Positions 47,925-58,650 of a DNA stretch of 64,000 bases are shown here, in pieces. Position numbers and translations under genes: made by a program. The DNA comes from an uncultured Dehalococcoidales bacterium (GTDB lineage Bacteria; Chloroflexota; Dehalococcoidia; GIF9; AB-539-J10), in NCBI GenBank assembly GCA_964652095.1, contig CAZZAC010000001.1, positions 9,258 to 73,257 of the forward strand, read 5' to 3'. The notes under the pieces were generated by a model, which was given only the letters and a program-made list of their open reading frames with translations, was not told the origin of the DNA and searched no databases. Within the stretch, counting starts at the first letter, position 1. Each line of letters begins with the position of its first letter.

Positions 47925-48130
47925 GTGACACTTCCTTTCTGTCATTGCGAGGAGCCCTGATGAATCAGGGCGACGAAGCAATCTCTAAGCGAGATTCCTC
48001 AGTCCAACCATAGCAGTCTCCAGTTTTGCAATGAGATTGCCACGCCCCGACAAGTCGGGGCTCGCAATGACACGGGAGGTTATCGCCAACATTACAAACA
48101 TATAAAGTATCACCCACCTATCTGAATTAG
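47925..48130 (+). repeat. structured repeat element, copy 2 (about 205 bp)
   Basis: See copy 1 at 37154..37343. Same orientation and the same internal inverted repeats. Confidence 0.6.
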
Positions 48131-48222
48131 GTCAAGGGGATGGCAGGAAGCTGAGAGTTCAAGGTAGCAAAGGAAAAAGGTTCTGGAGGAGAGCGAGTTG
48201 CTCCGATGAAATCGGAGTTTAC

Positions 48223-50658
48223 TCACTTTTTTGCCTTGGCAGTTTTCCGTGTAGTGAAGCTCAGGTTATCTTCCTTCAAGCTAACAGCTACGGTATCTCC
48301 TTCTTTGAACTCGCCCTGCAATATCTTTGTCGATATGGGATTTTCCATGTACCTCTGAATAGCCCGGCGTAAGGGGCGAGCTCCGTATACAGGATCATAG
48401 CCTTTTTTAGCTAACCAAGCTTTGGCCTCTTCATTGACTTCAAGCTTAATACTACGCTCAGTCAACCTCCGTTCTACCTCATGGATAAGCAGGTCGACGA
48501 TGCTCTTCAAGTGCTCCTCAGTTAGAGGATGGAATATAATGACATCATCTATCCTGTTGAGTAGCTCAGGGCGGAAGGTTTTCTTTAAGGCGCTTTCTAT
48601 AGCGGTCCTCATTCTTTGTTCGCCGCCTTCATCTTTTTTACTGGGAAAACCAATTCCCCCACGCTGATATTCCTCAGTGCCCAGGTTACTGGTCATGATT
48701 ACCACTGTGTTTTTGAAGTCCACAGTCCGGCCATGCCCATCGGTAAGCCTGCCGTCTTCCAGCAGCTGCAATAGTATGTTGAAAACGTCGGGATGAGCTT
48801 TTTCTACCTCGTCGAACAGGATGACCCGGTAGGGACGGCGGCGCACTGCCTCGGTCAACTGGCCTCCTTCTTCATACCCCACATATCCCGGTGGCGACCC
48901 GATAAGACGGGATACGGTATGCTTTTCCATATATTCCGACATGTCCAGTCTTACCATGGTCTCTTCATCGGCGAAAAGAAACTCAGCTAAAGCGCGAGCC
49001 AACTCGGTTTTCCCCACGCCGGTAGGGCCGAGGAAAATGAAGCTGCCAATGGGGCGTTTGGGGTCCTTGAGCCCGGCTCGGCCTCGCTTGATGGCCTCGG
49101 AGACGGCAGCCACTGCCTCTTCCTGGTCCACTATCCTCTGGTGAATCCTTTCCTCCATGTGAACCAATTTATCAGTTTCCGTTTCCATCATCCGCGAAAC
49201 GGGTATGCCCGTCCACTGGGCAACCAGTCCGGCGATATCCTCCTCGTCTACCACACTGTCAATTTTCTTCTCCTTCTGCCATTGCAGTTTGGCCTTATCG
49301 TACTCTTGTTCCAGGCGCATCCTTTCCGCCTTCAATTCGGTGGCTTTCTGGTAGTCCCCTCGTTGCGAAGCCGCCTCCTCTTCATCAATCAGGTGCTTCA
49401 TCTTCCGGTCCAGTGTTTTAACTTCCTTTGGAGCGCTTTCCATATCGATGCGTAGCTTGCTGGCTGCTTCGTCGATCAAGTCAATTGCCTTGTCAGGCAA
49501 GAATCTATCGGATATATATCTCTGGCTCAGCTTGGCAGCAGCTACCAGGGCGGAATCCTCGATTTTTATTTTGTGATGTGCTTCATATCTGGGACGAAGT
49601 CCTCGGAGCATCTCTATGGTGGCTTCTACGCTAGGTTCATCGAGATAAACAGGGCTGAAACGTCTCTCCAGAGCTTTATCTTTTTCAATACGCTTTCTAT
49701 ACTCGTCGAGTGTAGTAGCCCCGATACATTGAATCTCACCACGAGCCAGTGCGGGCTTCAGCATATTACTGGCGTCGATTGCTCCTTCGGCAGCTCCGGC
49801 TCCTACCACGGTGTGAAGCTCATCAATGAACATAATAACTTCGCCGGCCGCCTGCCGGACTTCATCTAGAACTGCCTTCAACCTTTCCTCAAACTCCCCG
49901 CGGAATTTGCTTCCAGCTACCAGTGCTCCCATGTCTAAAGCCACCACCTTTTTCCCTTTCAGGGAATCGGGAACATCTTCAGCGACAATCTTCTGAGCTA
50001 ATCCCTCAGCAATAGCCGTCTTGCCCACGCCGGCGTCGCCAATAATCACGGGATTGTTCTTGGTGCGCCGGGAGAGTATTTGCGTCACACGTTTGATTTC
50101 GTTTTCCCTCCCGATTACCGGGTCGAGTTTGCCCTGACGAGCTAACTCCGTGAGGTCATGTCCGTATTTTTCCAGGGAACGGTATTTGCTTTCCGCTTGA
50201 CGGTCGGTAACTCGATGTCCGCCACGAATTTTCTGCAAGGCTTGATAAATTTTTTCCTGGTTAACGCCAGATTCAGCTAGAATTGTTGCGGCTTCGCCTC
50301 TGGTCTCCCCGGCAATAGCAATGAGCAAATGCTCAGTGCTGACAAACTCGTCCTTGAGCCTATCGGCCTCCCTGTTGGCATTTTCGAGAAGAGCGGAAAT
50401 CCGCGGAGTAGCATAAATTTGTCCCGCCTCGTAAGCTACCTTGGGGAAACTCTCAAGCGTTGATTCTACCCGCTGCTTTACCGCTTCGACATCCACACCT
50501 AGCATCTGTAATATGTCCCTGGTTACCCCCTTTTCCTGCTCCAGCAAAGCCAATAGAATATGCTCCACATCCCACTGGTTATGTCGATAGCGGCGAAGTA
50601 GCTCCTGTGAGGCTGCTAAAACCTCCTGTGCCTGCTCAGTAAATCTCTCTGGTTTCAA
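48223..50658 (-). CDS. clpC: ATP-dependent Clp protease ATP-binding subunit ClpC (two AAA+ modules, N-terminal Clp_N repeats, UVR-like linker)
   Basis: 811 aa. Walker A GDAGVGKT and GPTGVGKT; UVR-like segment between D1 and D2; length fits ClpC rather than ClpB. Confidence 0.8.
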   Translation of the reverse strand: MKPERFTEQAQEVLAASQELLRRYRHNQWDVEHILLALLEQEKGVTRDILQMLGVDVEAVKQRVESTLESFPKVAYEAGQIYATPRISALLENANREADRLKDEFVSTEHLLIAIAGETRGEAATILAESGVNQEKIYQALQKIRGGHRVTDRQAESKYRSLEKYGHDLTELARQGKLDPVIGRENEIKRVTQILSRRTKNNPVIIGDAGVGKTAIAEGLAQKIVAEDVPDSLKGKKVVALDMGALVAGSKFRGEFEERLKAVLDEVRQAAGEVIMFIDELHTVVGAGAAEGAIDASNMLKPALARGEIQCIGATTLDEYRKRIEKDKALERRFSPVYLDEPSVEATIEMLRGLRPRYEAHHKIKIEDSALVAAAKLSQRYISDRFLPDKAIDLIDEAASKLRIDMESAPKEVKTLDRKMKHLIDEEEAASQRGDYQKATELKAERMRLEQEYDKAKLQWQKEKKIDSVVDEEDIAGLVAQWTGIPVSRMMETETDKLVHMEERIHQRIVDQEEAVAAVSEAIKRGRAGLKDPKRPIGSFIFLGPTGVGKTELARALAEFLFADEETMVRLDMSEYMEKHTVSRLIGSPPGYVGYEEGGQLTEAVRRRPYRVILFDEVEKAHPDVFNILLQLLEDGRLTDGHGRTVDFKNTVVIMTSNLGTEEYQRGGIGFPSKKDEGGEQRMRTAIESALKKTFRPELLNRIDDVIIFHPLTEEHLKSIVDLLIHEVERRLTERSIKLEVNEEAKAWLAKKGYDPVYGARPLRRAIQRYMENPISTKILQGEFKEGDTVAVSLKEDNLSFTTRKTAKAKK

Positions 50659-50662
50659 CTTT

Positions 50663-51025
50663 CTACACCTCCTTCCATTCTGCGTCTTCTATTATGTCCT
50701 CTATTATGTCTTCTATTTCAGCTTCGGCAACTTTCTTAATTTTTCTCTCCATTTCCTCAAGTTGCTGCTGCATCTCTGTCATCCTTTGCATCAACCTCAA
50801 CGCCACCTCTACTCCAGCCAAATTAACGCCACAATCGCTCATCAGAGCCTTAATATAGCGCAAGCGGTCAACGTCTTCCTCCGAATAGAGACGTATGTTG
50901 CCACTTGAACGCTCTGGCTGTACCAGGCCCAGCCTTTCATAATACCGCAATGTGTGAGCTTCTATGCCTATCATCCTGGCGGCTACGCTTATTACATATC
51001 TCGGTTTGGATTCCCAGTCCATCAT
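50663..51025 (-). CDS. hspR: MerR-family heat-shock repressor (HspR-like)
   Basis: 120 aa. HTH YVISVAARMIGIEAHTLRYYERLGLV. Sits between dnaJ and clpC, as in HspR operons. Confidence 0.75.
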   Translation of the reverse strand: MMDWESKPRYVISVAARMIGIEAHTLRYYERLGLVQPERSSGNIRLYSEEDVDRLRYIKALMSDCGVNLAGVEVALRLMQRMTEMQQQLEEMERKIKKVAEAEIEDIIEDIIEDAEWKEV

Positions 51026-51039
51026 CGTGGCACCTCGCT

Positions 51040-52023
51040 TTATGTGGGTCGCAGAGACCGCAATCTCTCAAATAGTTTTTTTTCCTCCTCGGTCAAATTG
51101 GTGGGCAGAACCACTTTTACCTTGGCGAACATATTGCCGTACTTGCTATTGCCTAGCTGGGGCATGCCCTTCCCTGCCATGCGGAAAACCCTGCCGTTCT
51201 GAGTCTCCGGTGGAATTTTAAGAGATAGATTGCCATTCAAAGTGGGCAATCTGACCTCGCCACCCAGCATGGCGGTGGCTAAAGGCACTGAGACTTCAGT
51301 GTAAAGGTCATCTCCTCTGCGCTCAAAGAGCTTATGGGGCAGAACCTTCGCTACGAGATAGAGGTCGCCCTTTTTGCCACCGGCACGGCCAGAGACACCT
51401 TCCCCCGCTATACGAATCCTCGAACCATCTCTAACTCCCGCTGGAATTTTAACCTCCAGTCGCTTGGGAATTATTTTCCCACCGGCACCATTGCACATAG
51501 TACAGACTCGATTGCCCACCCTGCCCGTGCCGCCACAAGCCGTACAGGGCTCCTCGGTCTGAAGCTGTATAACACGCGTAGAGCCATGGTGAGCCTCCTC
51601 GAGGTTTACCTCGATGGTGGATTCTATATCCTGACCACGTCGTGGTCCCCTCATCTTGGAGCCTGCACCAGAATCGCCGAACAAGCTTGAAAAAATACCG
51701 CCAAAGTCGCTCAGGTCGCCATATTCGAAAGTTGTGCCACCCCTGCCGAAATCCCACCGAACTCTCTCTTGCCCCCCGGATTTAGCAAATTGCTCAGCAT
51801 GTTCCCATTGTTCACCAAATTGGTCGTACTTTTTTCGCTTTTCAGGATTAGAGAGGACTTCATAAGCCGCATTTATCTCCTTAAATTTAGCCTCAGCCGA
51901 TTTGTCGCCGGGGTTGAGGTCAGGATGGTGTTTGCGAGCCAAACGGCGGTAGGCCTGCTTGATTTCCTTTTCCGAAGCATTCCTACTCACACCTAGAATT
52001 TGATAGTAGTCCTTGCCTGCCAT
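51040..52023 (-). CDS. DnaJ-family J-domain chaperone with a reduced zinc-finger region
   Basis: 327 aa. J-domain [33 protein letters not shown], a G/F region, and only two CxxCxGxG repeats. Confidence 0.8.
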   Translation of the reverse strand: MAGKDYYQILGVSRNASEKEIKQAYRRLARKHHPDLNPGDKSAEAKFKEINAAYEVLSNPEKRKKYDQFGEQWEHAEQFAKSGGQERVRWDFGRGGTTFEYGDLSDFGGIFSSLFGDSGAGSKMRGPRRGQDIESTIEVNLEEAHHGSTRVIQLQTEEPCTACGGTGRVGNRVCTMCNGAGGKIIPKRLEVKIPAGVRDGSRIRIAGEGVSGRAGGKKGDLYLVAKVLPHKLFERRGDDLYTEVSVPLATAMLGGEVRLPTLNGNLSLKIPPETQNGRVFRMAGKGMPQLGNSKYGNMFAKVKVVLPTNLTEEEKKLFERLRSLRPT

Positions 52024-52071
52024 CTCTCTCCCCTAATTATTTTGTGTTAATTATAAAAATGTTTAATAATT

Positions 52072-52101
52072 TTGTCAAATATTGTTAATAATATTTGACA
52101 A
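52072..52101. promoter_or_regulatory. 30-bp near-perfect palindrome TTGTCAAATATTGTT/AATAATATTTGACAA between the divergent dnaJ-hspR-clpC and hsp20 genes; candidate heat-shock (HspR-type) operator
   Basis: 14 of 15 half-site positions are complementary. The location is what is expected for a repressor operator controlling both heat-shock transcription units. Confidence 0.5.
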
Positions 52102-52188
52102 AACTTATCAAAGTTATTTAACCTTCTTATAATATTGCCTGAACTGAGAATGGGGCTCAGGAAAAAATAAAGAAAGGAGGTAACATAG

Positions 52189-52644
52189 ATGGCTATAGAA
52201 AGATGGCATCCGTTTACTGAACTTATGGGCCTGAGACAGGCAATGGACAGGCTGTTTGACGACAGTTTTGTCCGACCTTCGCGCATTCTCAGCACCCTTG
52301 GTGAAGTACGAGATCCAACCCTGGATATCTACCAGACCCCCAATGAGGTCGTGGTGAAGGCGGCTTTGCCGGGGTTGAAGCCGGAGGATGTCAGCATTGA
52401 TATCACTGGCGAAACCTTGACCATCAAGGGGGAGAGCAAAACGAAACAGGAGGTCAAGGAAGAAGACTACCTATACCAGGAGAGACGCTATGGCGCTTTT
52501 TCCCGCAGCGTGGTCCTTCCCAGCGGACTTAAGCCAGACAAAGCTGAGGCAACGATGGAGGATGGTGTTTTAACTCTGACCATACCCAAAGCTGAAGAAG
52601 TAAAGCCCAAAGCAATTAAAGTCAAGGCTAAAGAGAAGAAATGA
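52189..52644 (+). CDS. Hsp20/alpha-crystallin family small heat-shock protein
   Basis: 151 aa. Alpha-crystallin domain (DIYQTPNEVVVKAALPGLKPEDVSIDITGETLTIKGE...AFSRSVVLP). Confidence 0.85.
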   Translation: MAIERWHPFTELMGLRQAMDRLFDDSFVRPSRILSTLGEVRDPTLDIYQTPNEVVVKAALPGLKPEDVSIDITGETLTIKGESKTKQEVKEEDYLYQERRYGAFSRSVVLPSGLKPDKAEATMEDGVLTLTIPKAEEVKPKAIKVKAKEKK

Positions 52645-53190
52645 CTATTGCAGGGCCCCGCTCTCAGACTTCAGCAAATCGATGAACCGTCTTAAAATCC
52701 TCGCGGTAGCCCCCCAGATGACATGCCCTTCATATTCATAGGCATAAGAATCTTGCTTGAAATTGGCTTCATCCATCAAAAATGACAGGGGAACAGAAAA
52801 GGCTCCCTTGACTTCTCTGCCGTTGGTTCTCAAAGAGTGAGGATGGGATATGAAGGCGACAAAAGGCGAAATAACATAGTTAGTGGTAAAGGTTAGACTA
52901 TCGTCAAGCTCCCCTAAAATTTCAATATCTTTAGCCTCTAAACCTATCTCTTCTTCACTCTCTCTGAGGGCAGTTTGGAGTAAGCTGGAATCAGATGGCT
53001 CCTGTGTCCCCCCGGGAAAACAGACCTGCCCTTTGTGAAAGACTACCTCATCGCTCCTTTCGGTAAACAGGACATGATATTGCCCCTGGTTATAAAAAAG
53101 AGGTATGAGCACTGCCGAAGCTCGAAGGTTTTCGCCAGTAATTTTTTCTTTCTTACGATGACGGAGGATTTTTTCAATCTGCTGTTTCAC
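52645..53190 (-). CDS. NUDIX hydrolase (CoA pyrophosphatase-like)
   Basis: 181 aa. Nudix box GGTQEPSDSSLLQTALRESEEEIG. Confidence 0.75.
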   Translation of the reverse strand: MKQQIEKILRHRKKEKITGENLRASAVLIPLFYNQGQYHVLFTERSDEVVFHKGQVCFPGGTQEPSDSSLLQTALRESEEEIGLEAKDIEILGELDDSLTFTTNYVISPFVAFISHPHSLRTNGREVKGAFSVPLSFLMDEANFKQDSYAYEYEGHVIWGATARILRRFIDLLKSESGALQ

Positions 53191-53279
53191 TGCATCATGA
53201 TTATACCACTTCTCAAGACGTCAATTACTTGCCAATTCAGTAGCTAAAAGTTGTCAGCACAGCCATTTAAGAGTTATAC

Positions 53280-54356
53280 TTGAAGGTTATGGCGATAAAA
53301 CAAGATTATTACGAAGTGCTGGGAGTGCCTCGAAACGCCAGTGATGACGAAATTAAGAGGGCGTTTCGTAAATTAGCTTTCCAGTGCCATCCTGACCGCA
53401 ATAGAGAGCCGGGAGCCGAGGAGAAATTTAAGGAAATAAACGAGGCCTACCAGGTTCTTTCCGATCCCGAGAAAAGGAACAGGTATGATCGCTATGGCCG
53501 AGTAGATGTTGAGGGGGGTTTTCCCGATTTTGGCTTTGGCGGGCTGGGAGATATTCTTGAATTCGTCTTCGATGGTTTTGGAACCCCCTTTGGCAGGACG
53601 GCTCAGCGTGTTCCACAGAAGGGCGACAGCTTACAAAGTCACCTCGCTCTTTCCTTCGAGGAGGCGGTATTCGGCTGTAGTAAAGAAGTTGAAATACCAC
53701 GCATCGAGTTCTGCCCTTCCTGCCATGGCATTGGCAGCGCGCCGGGGACAAATCCCGAGACCTGTCCTGATTGTCGCGGCACAGGGCAAGTGAAGAGAGC
53801 TTTTGGGCGCTACATTAATCTCATCACCTGCTCTCGCTGCGGAGGTAGTGGCACTGTGATAAGCAATCCTTGTTCTCAATGCCGGGGCAGGGGAAAAATA
53901 AAGGTGAAGCGCAAAATAAAAGTTACTATTCCTGCAGGTGTGGATAATGGGCAGCGATTACGCTTGGATGGAGAGGGAAGTGCTGGCTTGTATGGAGGCC
54001 CTCCCGGCGATTTCTATGTCACTTTTTCAGTAAAGCCACACAATTTATTCCACAGAGATGGCAGTGACATTCTTTACGAATTATTCATCAATTTTGCTCA
54101 AGCTGCTTTGGGCGATGAGGTGAAAGTGCCATCCTTAGATGGAAAGATAGACTTAAAAATACCGCCAGGAACTCAAAATGGGAAAACATTTCGCTGTAAA
54201 GGCAAGGGAATCCCTTATATTGATGGCAAGGGCAAAGGAGACTTGCTCGTCGAAGTAGTCGTAACAACTCCACAACACCTGGATAAAAACCAGCGTCGTC
54301 TTTTTGAAGAATTGGCTAAGGTACTAACTCGAACTGAACCGCCTCTAGACGTCTAG
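53280..54356 (+). CDS. dnaJ: molecular chaperone DnaJ (canonical, four CxxCxGxG repeats)
   Basis: J-domain [33 protein letters not shown]; zinc finger [36 protein letters not shown]. The start may be Met4 (53289). Confidence 0.85.
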   Translation: MKVMAIKQDYYEVLGVPRNASDDEIKRAFRKLAFQCHPDRNREPGAEEKFKEINEAYQVLSDPEKRNRYDRYGRVDVEGGFPDFGFGGLGDILEFVFDGFGTPFGRTAQRVPQKGDSLQSHLALSFEEAVFGCSKEVEIPRIEFCPSCHGIGSAPGTNPETCPDCRGTGQVKRAFGRYINLITCSRCGGSGTVISNPCSQCRGRGKIKVKRKIKVTIPAGVDNGQRLRLDGEGSAGLYGGPPGDFYVTFSVKPHNLFHRDGSDILYELFINFAQAALGDEVKVPSLDGKIDLKIPPGTQNGKTFRCKGKGIPYIDGKGKGDLLVEVVVTTPQHLDKNQRRLFEELAKVLTRTEPPLDV

Positions 54357-54363
54357 CTTGGGA

Positions 54364-55332
54364 TCAGTGATGGCTTGCTGCTAGTTCCCTGAACTCAAAC
54401 AATGCTTGACTTGGGGGTGGGGGCAAGCTTTCAAAAAGAATCCCATAAATAAGGTTGATAATGGGTAATTTAAGCCCTTGGTTTTTCGCCAACCGGTGGG
54501 CTGCCGCAGTGGTGGCGACTCCCTCAGCGACGTGTGGCATAGAGGCAGATATTTCAGATAAAGAGCGACCCTTAGCCAGTTTGTAGCCAACATAATGATT
54601 TCGGCTCAGAGTGCTGGCGCAAGTAGCTATCAGGTCGCCTAAACCGGCCAGACCATAAAAAGTGCCAGCCCTGGCCCCCAGAGTTACTCCCAAGGAAACA
54701 ACCTCAGTCCATCCCCAGGTAATAAAAGCCCCCTTAGCATTGTCGCCTAAGCTTAATCCGTCTATTATGCCTGCACCCAGAGCTATAATGTTCTTCAAGG
54801 CCCCGCCTAATTCAACTCCGATAACATCATCACTAGTAGATATAAAGAATTTGGGCGACTCCATCAGTTCCCTCGCTCTTTCCGCTAAAGCTATATTCTG
54901 AGCGGCAATGACCGAAGCAGCAGGAAGAGCTTGAGCAATTTCCCCGGCCAGATTAGGACCAGAGAGGACACAAATTTGCCCTCTTAAGGAAGGTGCAATC
55001 TCCTCTGCCAGTACTTGTGACATCCTCTTACCACTACTTACTTCCAATCCTTTGGCGGCGCTCATCAATAGCATCGAATTAGTCAGATAACCCTTGGCTT
55101 GGCTGATATTTTCTCGCAACTTTTGAGAGGGAACCGCCCAGATTGCCAGGTCAGCCCCGCTTAAGGCTTCCCCAATGTGGCTGGTAGAGGAATAGCTACG
55201 CCGTCCTTGGTTTAATTCTTTGGCTTCAGCTTCGCTTCGCGTCCACAGTTTTACCTCTGCCCCTTTATCACTCAGCAAAACGCCTAAAGTATTGCCCCAA
55301 GAGGTATTGCCTATGATAGTAACTTCAGGCAT
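54364..55332 (-). CDS. gpsA: NAD(P)H-dependent glycerol-3-phosphate dehydrogenase
   Basis: 322 aa. N-terminal Rossmann fold VTIIGNTSWGNTLGVLL and C-terminal GpsA-type domain. Confidence 0.85.
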   Translation of the reverse strand: MPEVTIIGNTSWGNTLGVLLSDKGAEVKLWTRSEAEAKELNQGRRSYSSTSHIGEALSGADLAIWAVPSQKLRENISQAKGYLTNSMLLMSAAKGLEVSSGKRMSQVLAEEIAPSLRGQICVLSGPNLAGEIAQALPAASVIAAQNIALAERARELMESPKFFISTSDDVIGVELGGALKNIIALGAGIIDGLSLGDNAKGAFITWGWTEVVSLGVTLGARAGTFYGLAGLGDLIATCASTLSRNHYVGYKLAKGRSLSEISASMPHVAEGVATTAAAHRLAKNQGLKLPIINLIYGILFESLPPPPSQALFEFRELAASHH

Positions 55333-55348
55333 GGTCTCTCGTGCTTTT

Positions 55349-55996
55349 TCACCATAATCGGCGTTCCGTGCCTTGTCTTAAGCGTTTTATATTGTCCTGG
55401 TGCTGGTAGACAAGCAGTGCAATAACTACTAAACCATAAGCCAGGTAGATGGGAGGGAAATTGTACAAGATGGTTAAGGGTACCATCAAGCACCAAGCAG
55501 CCAAGGCTCCAAGAATAGAACCAAGGGACATGTGTCGGCTGCGCAATGCTGCTATGGCTACGACCTCGGCACCAAATATGCCCGCGGGAGGACAAATAGC
55601 AAACAGTGTTCCAAAATAGGCAGTTACCCCCCTACCTCCTTTAAACTTAGCAAATACAGGCCAGTTATGTCCTGCCACCGCGGCCAAGCCAGCTGTAACT
55701 TGGGCTACATGCTGCCAATAAACGGACACGCCACCAATGGTTAAGACCCCGCTGCCGCGACCTATAATTACTGTGGCTAACATGACTGCCCCCGCAGCCT
55801 TAACTACATCAAGAACCAGAGCTAAAACGCCGAGCTTGGTCCCTGAGACCCTCATCAAATTAGTGGCGCCAGTCTTGCCGCTTCCATGTTCCCTGATATC
55901 AACGCCACTTCTCAGCTTGCCTATTATCAAGCCAAAGGGAATGGAACCAAGGAGATAAGCAATGACTACTACAGCAACAAACTCAGCTATCATCAT
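55349..55996 (-). CDS. plsY: glycerol-3-phosphate acyltransferase PlsY
   Basis: 215 aa membrane protein with GSIPFGLIIGKL...DIREHGSGKTGATN. Confidence 0.85.
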   Translation of the reverse strand: MMIAEFVAVVVIAYLLGSIPFGLIIGKLRSGVDIREHGSGKTGATNLMRVSGTKLGVLALVLDVVKAAGAVMLATVIIGRGSGVLTIGGVSVYWQHVAQVTAGLAAVAGHNWPVFAKFKGGRGVTAYFGTLFAICPPAGIFGAEVVAIAALRSRHMSLGSILGALAAWCLMVPLTILYNFPPIYLAYGLVVIALLVYQHQDNIKRLRQGTERRLW

Positions 55997-57333
55997 GCTC
56001 TCGCCTCTATCTTTTTATTGATTTTACGGGCAGCCTTGGTGAAAATCAACTTCAAAGGAACGCCGCGAAAACCAAAGCTCTGGCGAAGCTTATTTCCCAA
56101 GTAGCGTTGATAGGAAAAATGAACAAGCTTAGGATCGTTAACCGCGAGAACAAAGGTCGCTGGTTGAGATTCATCTTGATAGGCTCGAGCAACGTGCAAT
56201 CGCCTAGAACCTATGCGGGGTGGGGGGTAGCTACTTACTACCTGTTTGACTAACTCGTCAACTTCTGATTGAGGCAACCGCTTTTGTCTTTCCTGCCAGA
56301 TTTCCCAAGCTAGGGGTAGAATCCTGTTTATCCCCTGCCCTAGTTTGGCAGAGATGTAAATGATAGGTATGTAGGAGGCAAATCTAAATCTTCGTTCCAC
56401 GCTCTGTTTGAATCTCGGTCTTTGTTCTTGGGGAACAAGGTCCCATTTGTTAACCACTAACATCATACCTCTTCCAACCTCAATAATATAGCCCGCAATA
56501 TGCATATCTTGGGCAGTAATAAAGTCACCAGCATCGATTAGCAATAAGGCAACATCGCAGCGGTTGATAGCCTGAAGGGCGCGCAGCAAACTATAATAAT
56601 CCACTCCAGCATCGACCCTTCCACGTCGTTTAATCCCGGCGGTATCAACAAGTAATATTCTCTTATCACTCCAATTAATTATAGCATCAAGCGAGTCGCG
56701 AGTCGTCCCCGGAGACTCATGGACAATGGCCCTTTCATCGCCTAGCAATGCATTCAACAAAGTTGACTTGCCTACATTAGGTCGCCCAACGATGGCTAAT
56801 TTAGCTTCTCCCGGCTCGGCAATACTGGTAGGTTGTGGAGGCAAAGAAGCTAACACGGCATCCATTAACTCATCTATCCCTCGATTATGGTGAGCACTGA
56901 TAGCTATAGGCTCACCCATGCCCAAGCGATAGAAATCGGCCACCTGATTTGCCTGCTTGGCAGAATCTACCTTGTTTACTACTAGTATGATAGGTTTACT
57001 CGCGGCGCGCAGTACATCAGCAATTTCTTCATCGGCAGCAATAACTCCATTTTTGACATCTACCAAAAAGATGACGACATCTGCCTGGACAATAGCTGCT
57101 TCGACTTGCTGCTTGACTTTTTGCTCTAAAGACCCTTGTGGCTTGGCTTGCCAGCCACCAGTATCAACCACAGCCAATTCCCGTCCCTGCCAGGAAACAA
57201 AAGCAAAAACGCGGTCTCTGGTGGTTCCCGGCAAATCAGCAACTACAGCTACCCGCCTGCTCGACAGGCGGTTAAGCAAGGTGGACTTGCCTACATTGGT
57301 TCTACCCACAATAGCTACAATAGGCCTGGTCAT
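55993..57333 (-). CDS. der: ribosome-biogenesis GTPase Der (EngA), tandem GTPase domains plus KH-like C-terminus
   Basis: 446 aa. Two G1 motifs GRTNVGKST and GRPNVGKST. Overlaps the plsY start by 4 nt. Confidence 0.85.
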   Translation of the reverse strand: MTRPIVAIVGRTNVGKSTLLNRLSSRRVAVVADLPGTTRDRVFAFVSWQGRELAVVDTGGWQAKPQGSLEQKVKQQVEAAIVQADVVIFLVDVKNGVIAADEEIADVLRAASKPIILVVNKVDSAKQANQVADFYRLGMGEPIAISAHHNRGIDELMDAVLASLPPQPTSIAEPGEAKLAIVGRPNVGKSTLLNALLGDERAIVHESPGTTRDSLDAIINWSDKRILLVDTAGIKRRGRVDAGVDYYSLLRALQAINRCDVALLLIDAGDFITAQDMHIAGYIIEVGRGMMLVVNKWDLVPQEQRPRFKQSVERRFRFASYIPIIYISAKLGQGINRILPLAWEIWQERQKRLPQSEVDELVKQVVSSYPPPRIGSRRLHVARAYQDESQPATFVLAVNDPKLVHFSYQRYLGNKLRQSFGFRGVPLKLIFTKAARKINKKIEARA

Positions 57334-58259
57334 TTGTCTGATACCTTGGGATTTGACAACAGCTTCACCAGTAATGCCTTTTGCAGATGAAGCCTGTTTT
57401 CTGCCTGGTCAAATACTACTGACCTGGGGTCATCTAGCAACCCGGCGGAAATTTCCTCGCCATGGTGGGCCGGCAAGGGATGCATGAACAAAACATCTCC
57501 TTTAGCCAAGCTTAATAATTTATTATCCACCTGATAGCCTGAAAAGGCAAGACGACGTTTCTCTGCTTCAGCCTCCTGGCCCATGCTAACCCACACATCA
57601 GTATATATTATATCAGCATCTTTGGCTGCTTCATAAGGGTCGTTGGTTAGCCGAATCTGGCTGCCACTAAGAGCAGCGAATTCCTTTCCTCGATTCAATA
57701 CCTCCTCCTTAACATCATAGCCTGGTGGAGAGGCGAAGTGGAAATTCATGCCCACCAGGCAGGCAGAGAGAAGCAAGCTATTGGCCACATTATTGCCATC
57801 GCCAATGAATGCTAAAGTCAAGCCAGGAAGCCTCTCTTTCTTTTCATAGATGGTGAGAAGATCAGAAAGAGCCTCGCAGGGGTGTTCCAGGTCGGAAAGG
57901 GCATTAATTACAGGCACAGAAGAATGGCCAGCGAGAATGCGCAAAGTTTCCTGGGAAAACGTGCGAGCGGCAATGCCGTCAACATACCGGCTGAGCACTA
58001 GGCCTATATCCGCCGCTGACTCTCGCTTGCCCAAGCCTACCTCTTCTGGAGATAGATAGATGCAATGTCCGCCTAGCTGATACATAGCCAAATCGAAACT
58101 GACCCTGGTTCGCAAGGAAGGCTTTTCAAAGAGGAGAGCTAAGGTTCTCCCTGAAAGGAGAGGCGTCGCCCCCTCTTTTTTCATACGCCAGGCCTGCTCT
58201 ATGAGGTGTTCAATTTCCTTACGGTTAAGGTCAGCTATTGAGAGCAAATCTTTTTTCAT
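57330..58259 (-). CDS. argF: ornithine carbamoyltransferase
   Basis: 309 aa. Carbamoyl-phosphate binding SLRTRVSF and HPLP motifs. Confidence 0.85.
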   Translation of the reverse strand: MKKDLLSIADLNRKEIEHLIEQAWRMKKEGATPLLSGRTLALLFEKPSLRTRVSFDLAMYQLGGHCIYLSPEEVGLGKRESAADIGLVLSRYVDGIAARTFSQETLRILAGHSSVPVINALSDLEHPCEALSDLLTIYEKKERLPGLTLAFIGDGNNVANSLLLSACLVGMNFHFASPPGYDVKEEVLNRGKEFAALSGSQIRLTNDPYEAAKDADIIYTDVWVSMGQEAEAEKRRLAFSGYQVDNKLLSLAKGDVLFMHPLPAHHGEEISAGLLDDPRSVVFDQAENRLHLQKALLVKLLSNPKVSDK

Positions 58260-58422
58260 CTTTCGTCTCTCTTGATACTACTTCAGCGTATCACGTTTGT
58301 CAATTTTACAACAAGCTCTAGAGTTGTTACTGAGGATGGTAAACTACTTGAGCTGTATTGTAATGAGCCGGATGACCACGATCTGTCGTTGAATTGAATC
58401 TTATAGTATGTAGGGGCAAAAT

Positions 58423-58641
58423 ATGGAGGTAAAGGTGAAATGCTATTCAGGCTATGTCTATGCTGAAGAACCACGGTCTTTTGTCTGGCGAGAAAAGGAA
58501 CTTAGAATAAAGTCAGTAGAGAACGCCTGGCAGGAACCAGGGAGAAGACTATTCAGAGTTGTTACTGAGGATGGTAAACTATTTAAACTGTGTTACAATG
58601 AAGCAGATGACCAATGGTCTGCTGTTGAATTGATGCTTTAA
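58423..58641 (+). CDS. hypothetical small protein (72 aa)
   Basis: An ORF only. Its 3' third is duplicated as a degenerate copy about 240 bp upstream (58318..58400). Confidence 0.35.
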   Translation: MEVKVKCYSGYVYAEEPRSFVWREKELRIKSVENAWQEPGRRLFRVVTEDGKLFKLCYNEADDQWSAVELML

Positions 58642-58650
58642 GGAGAACTC

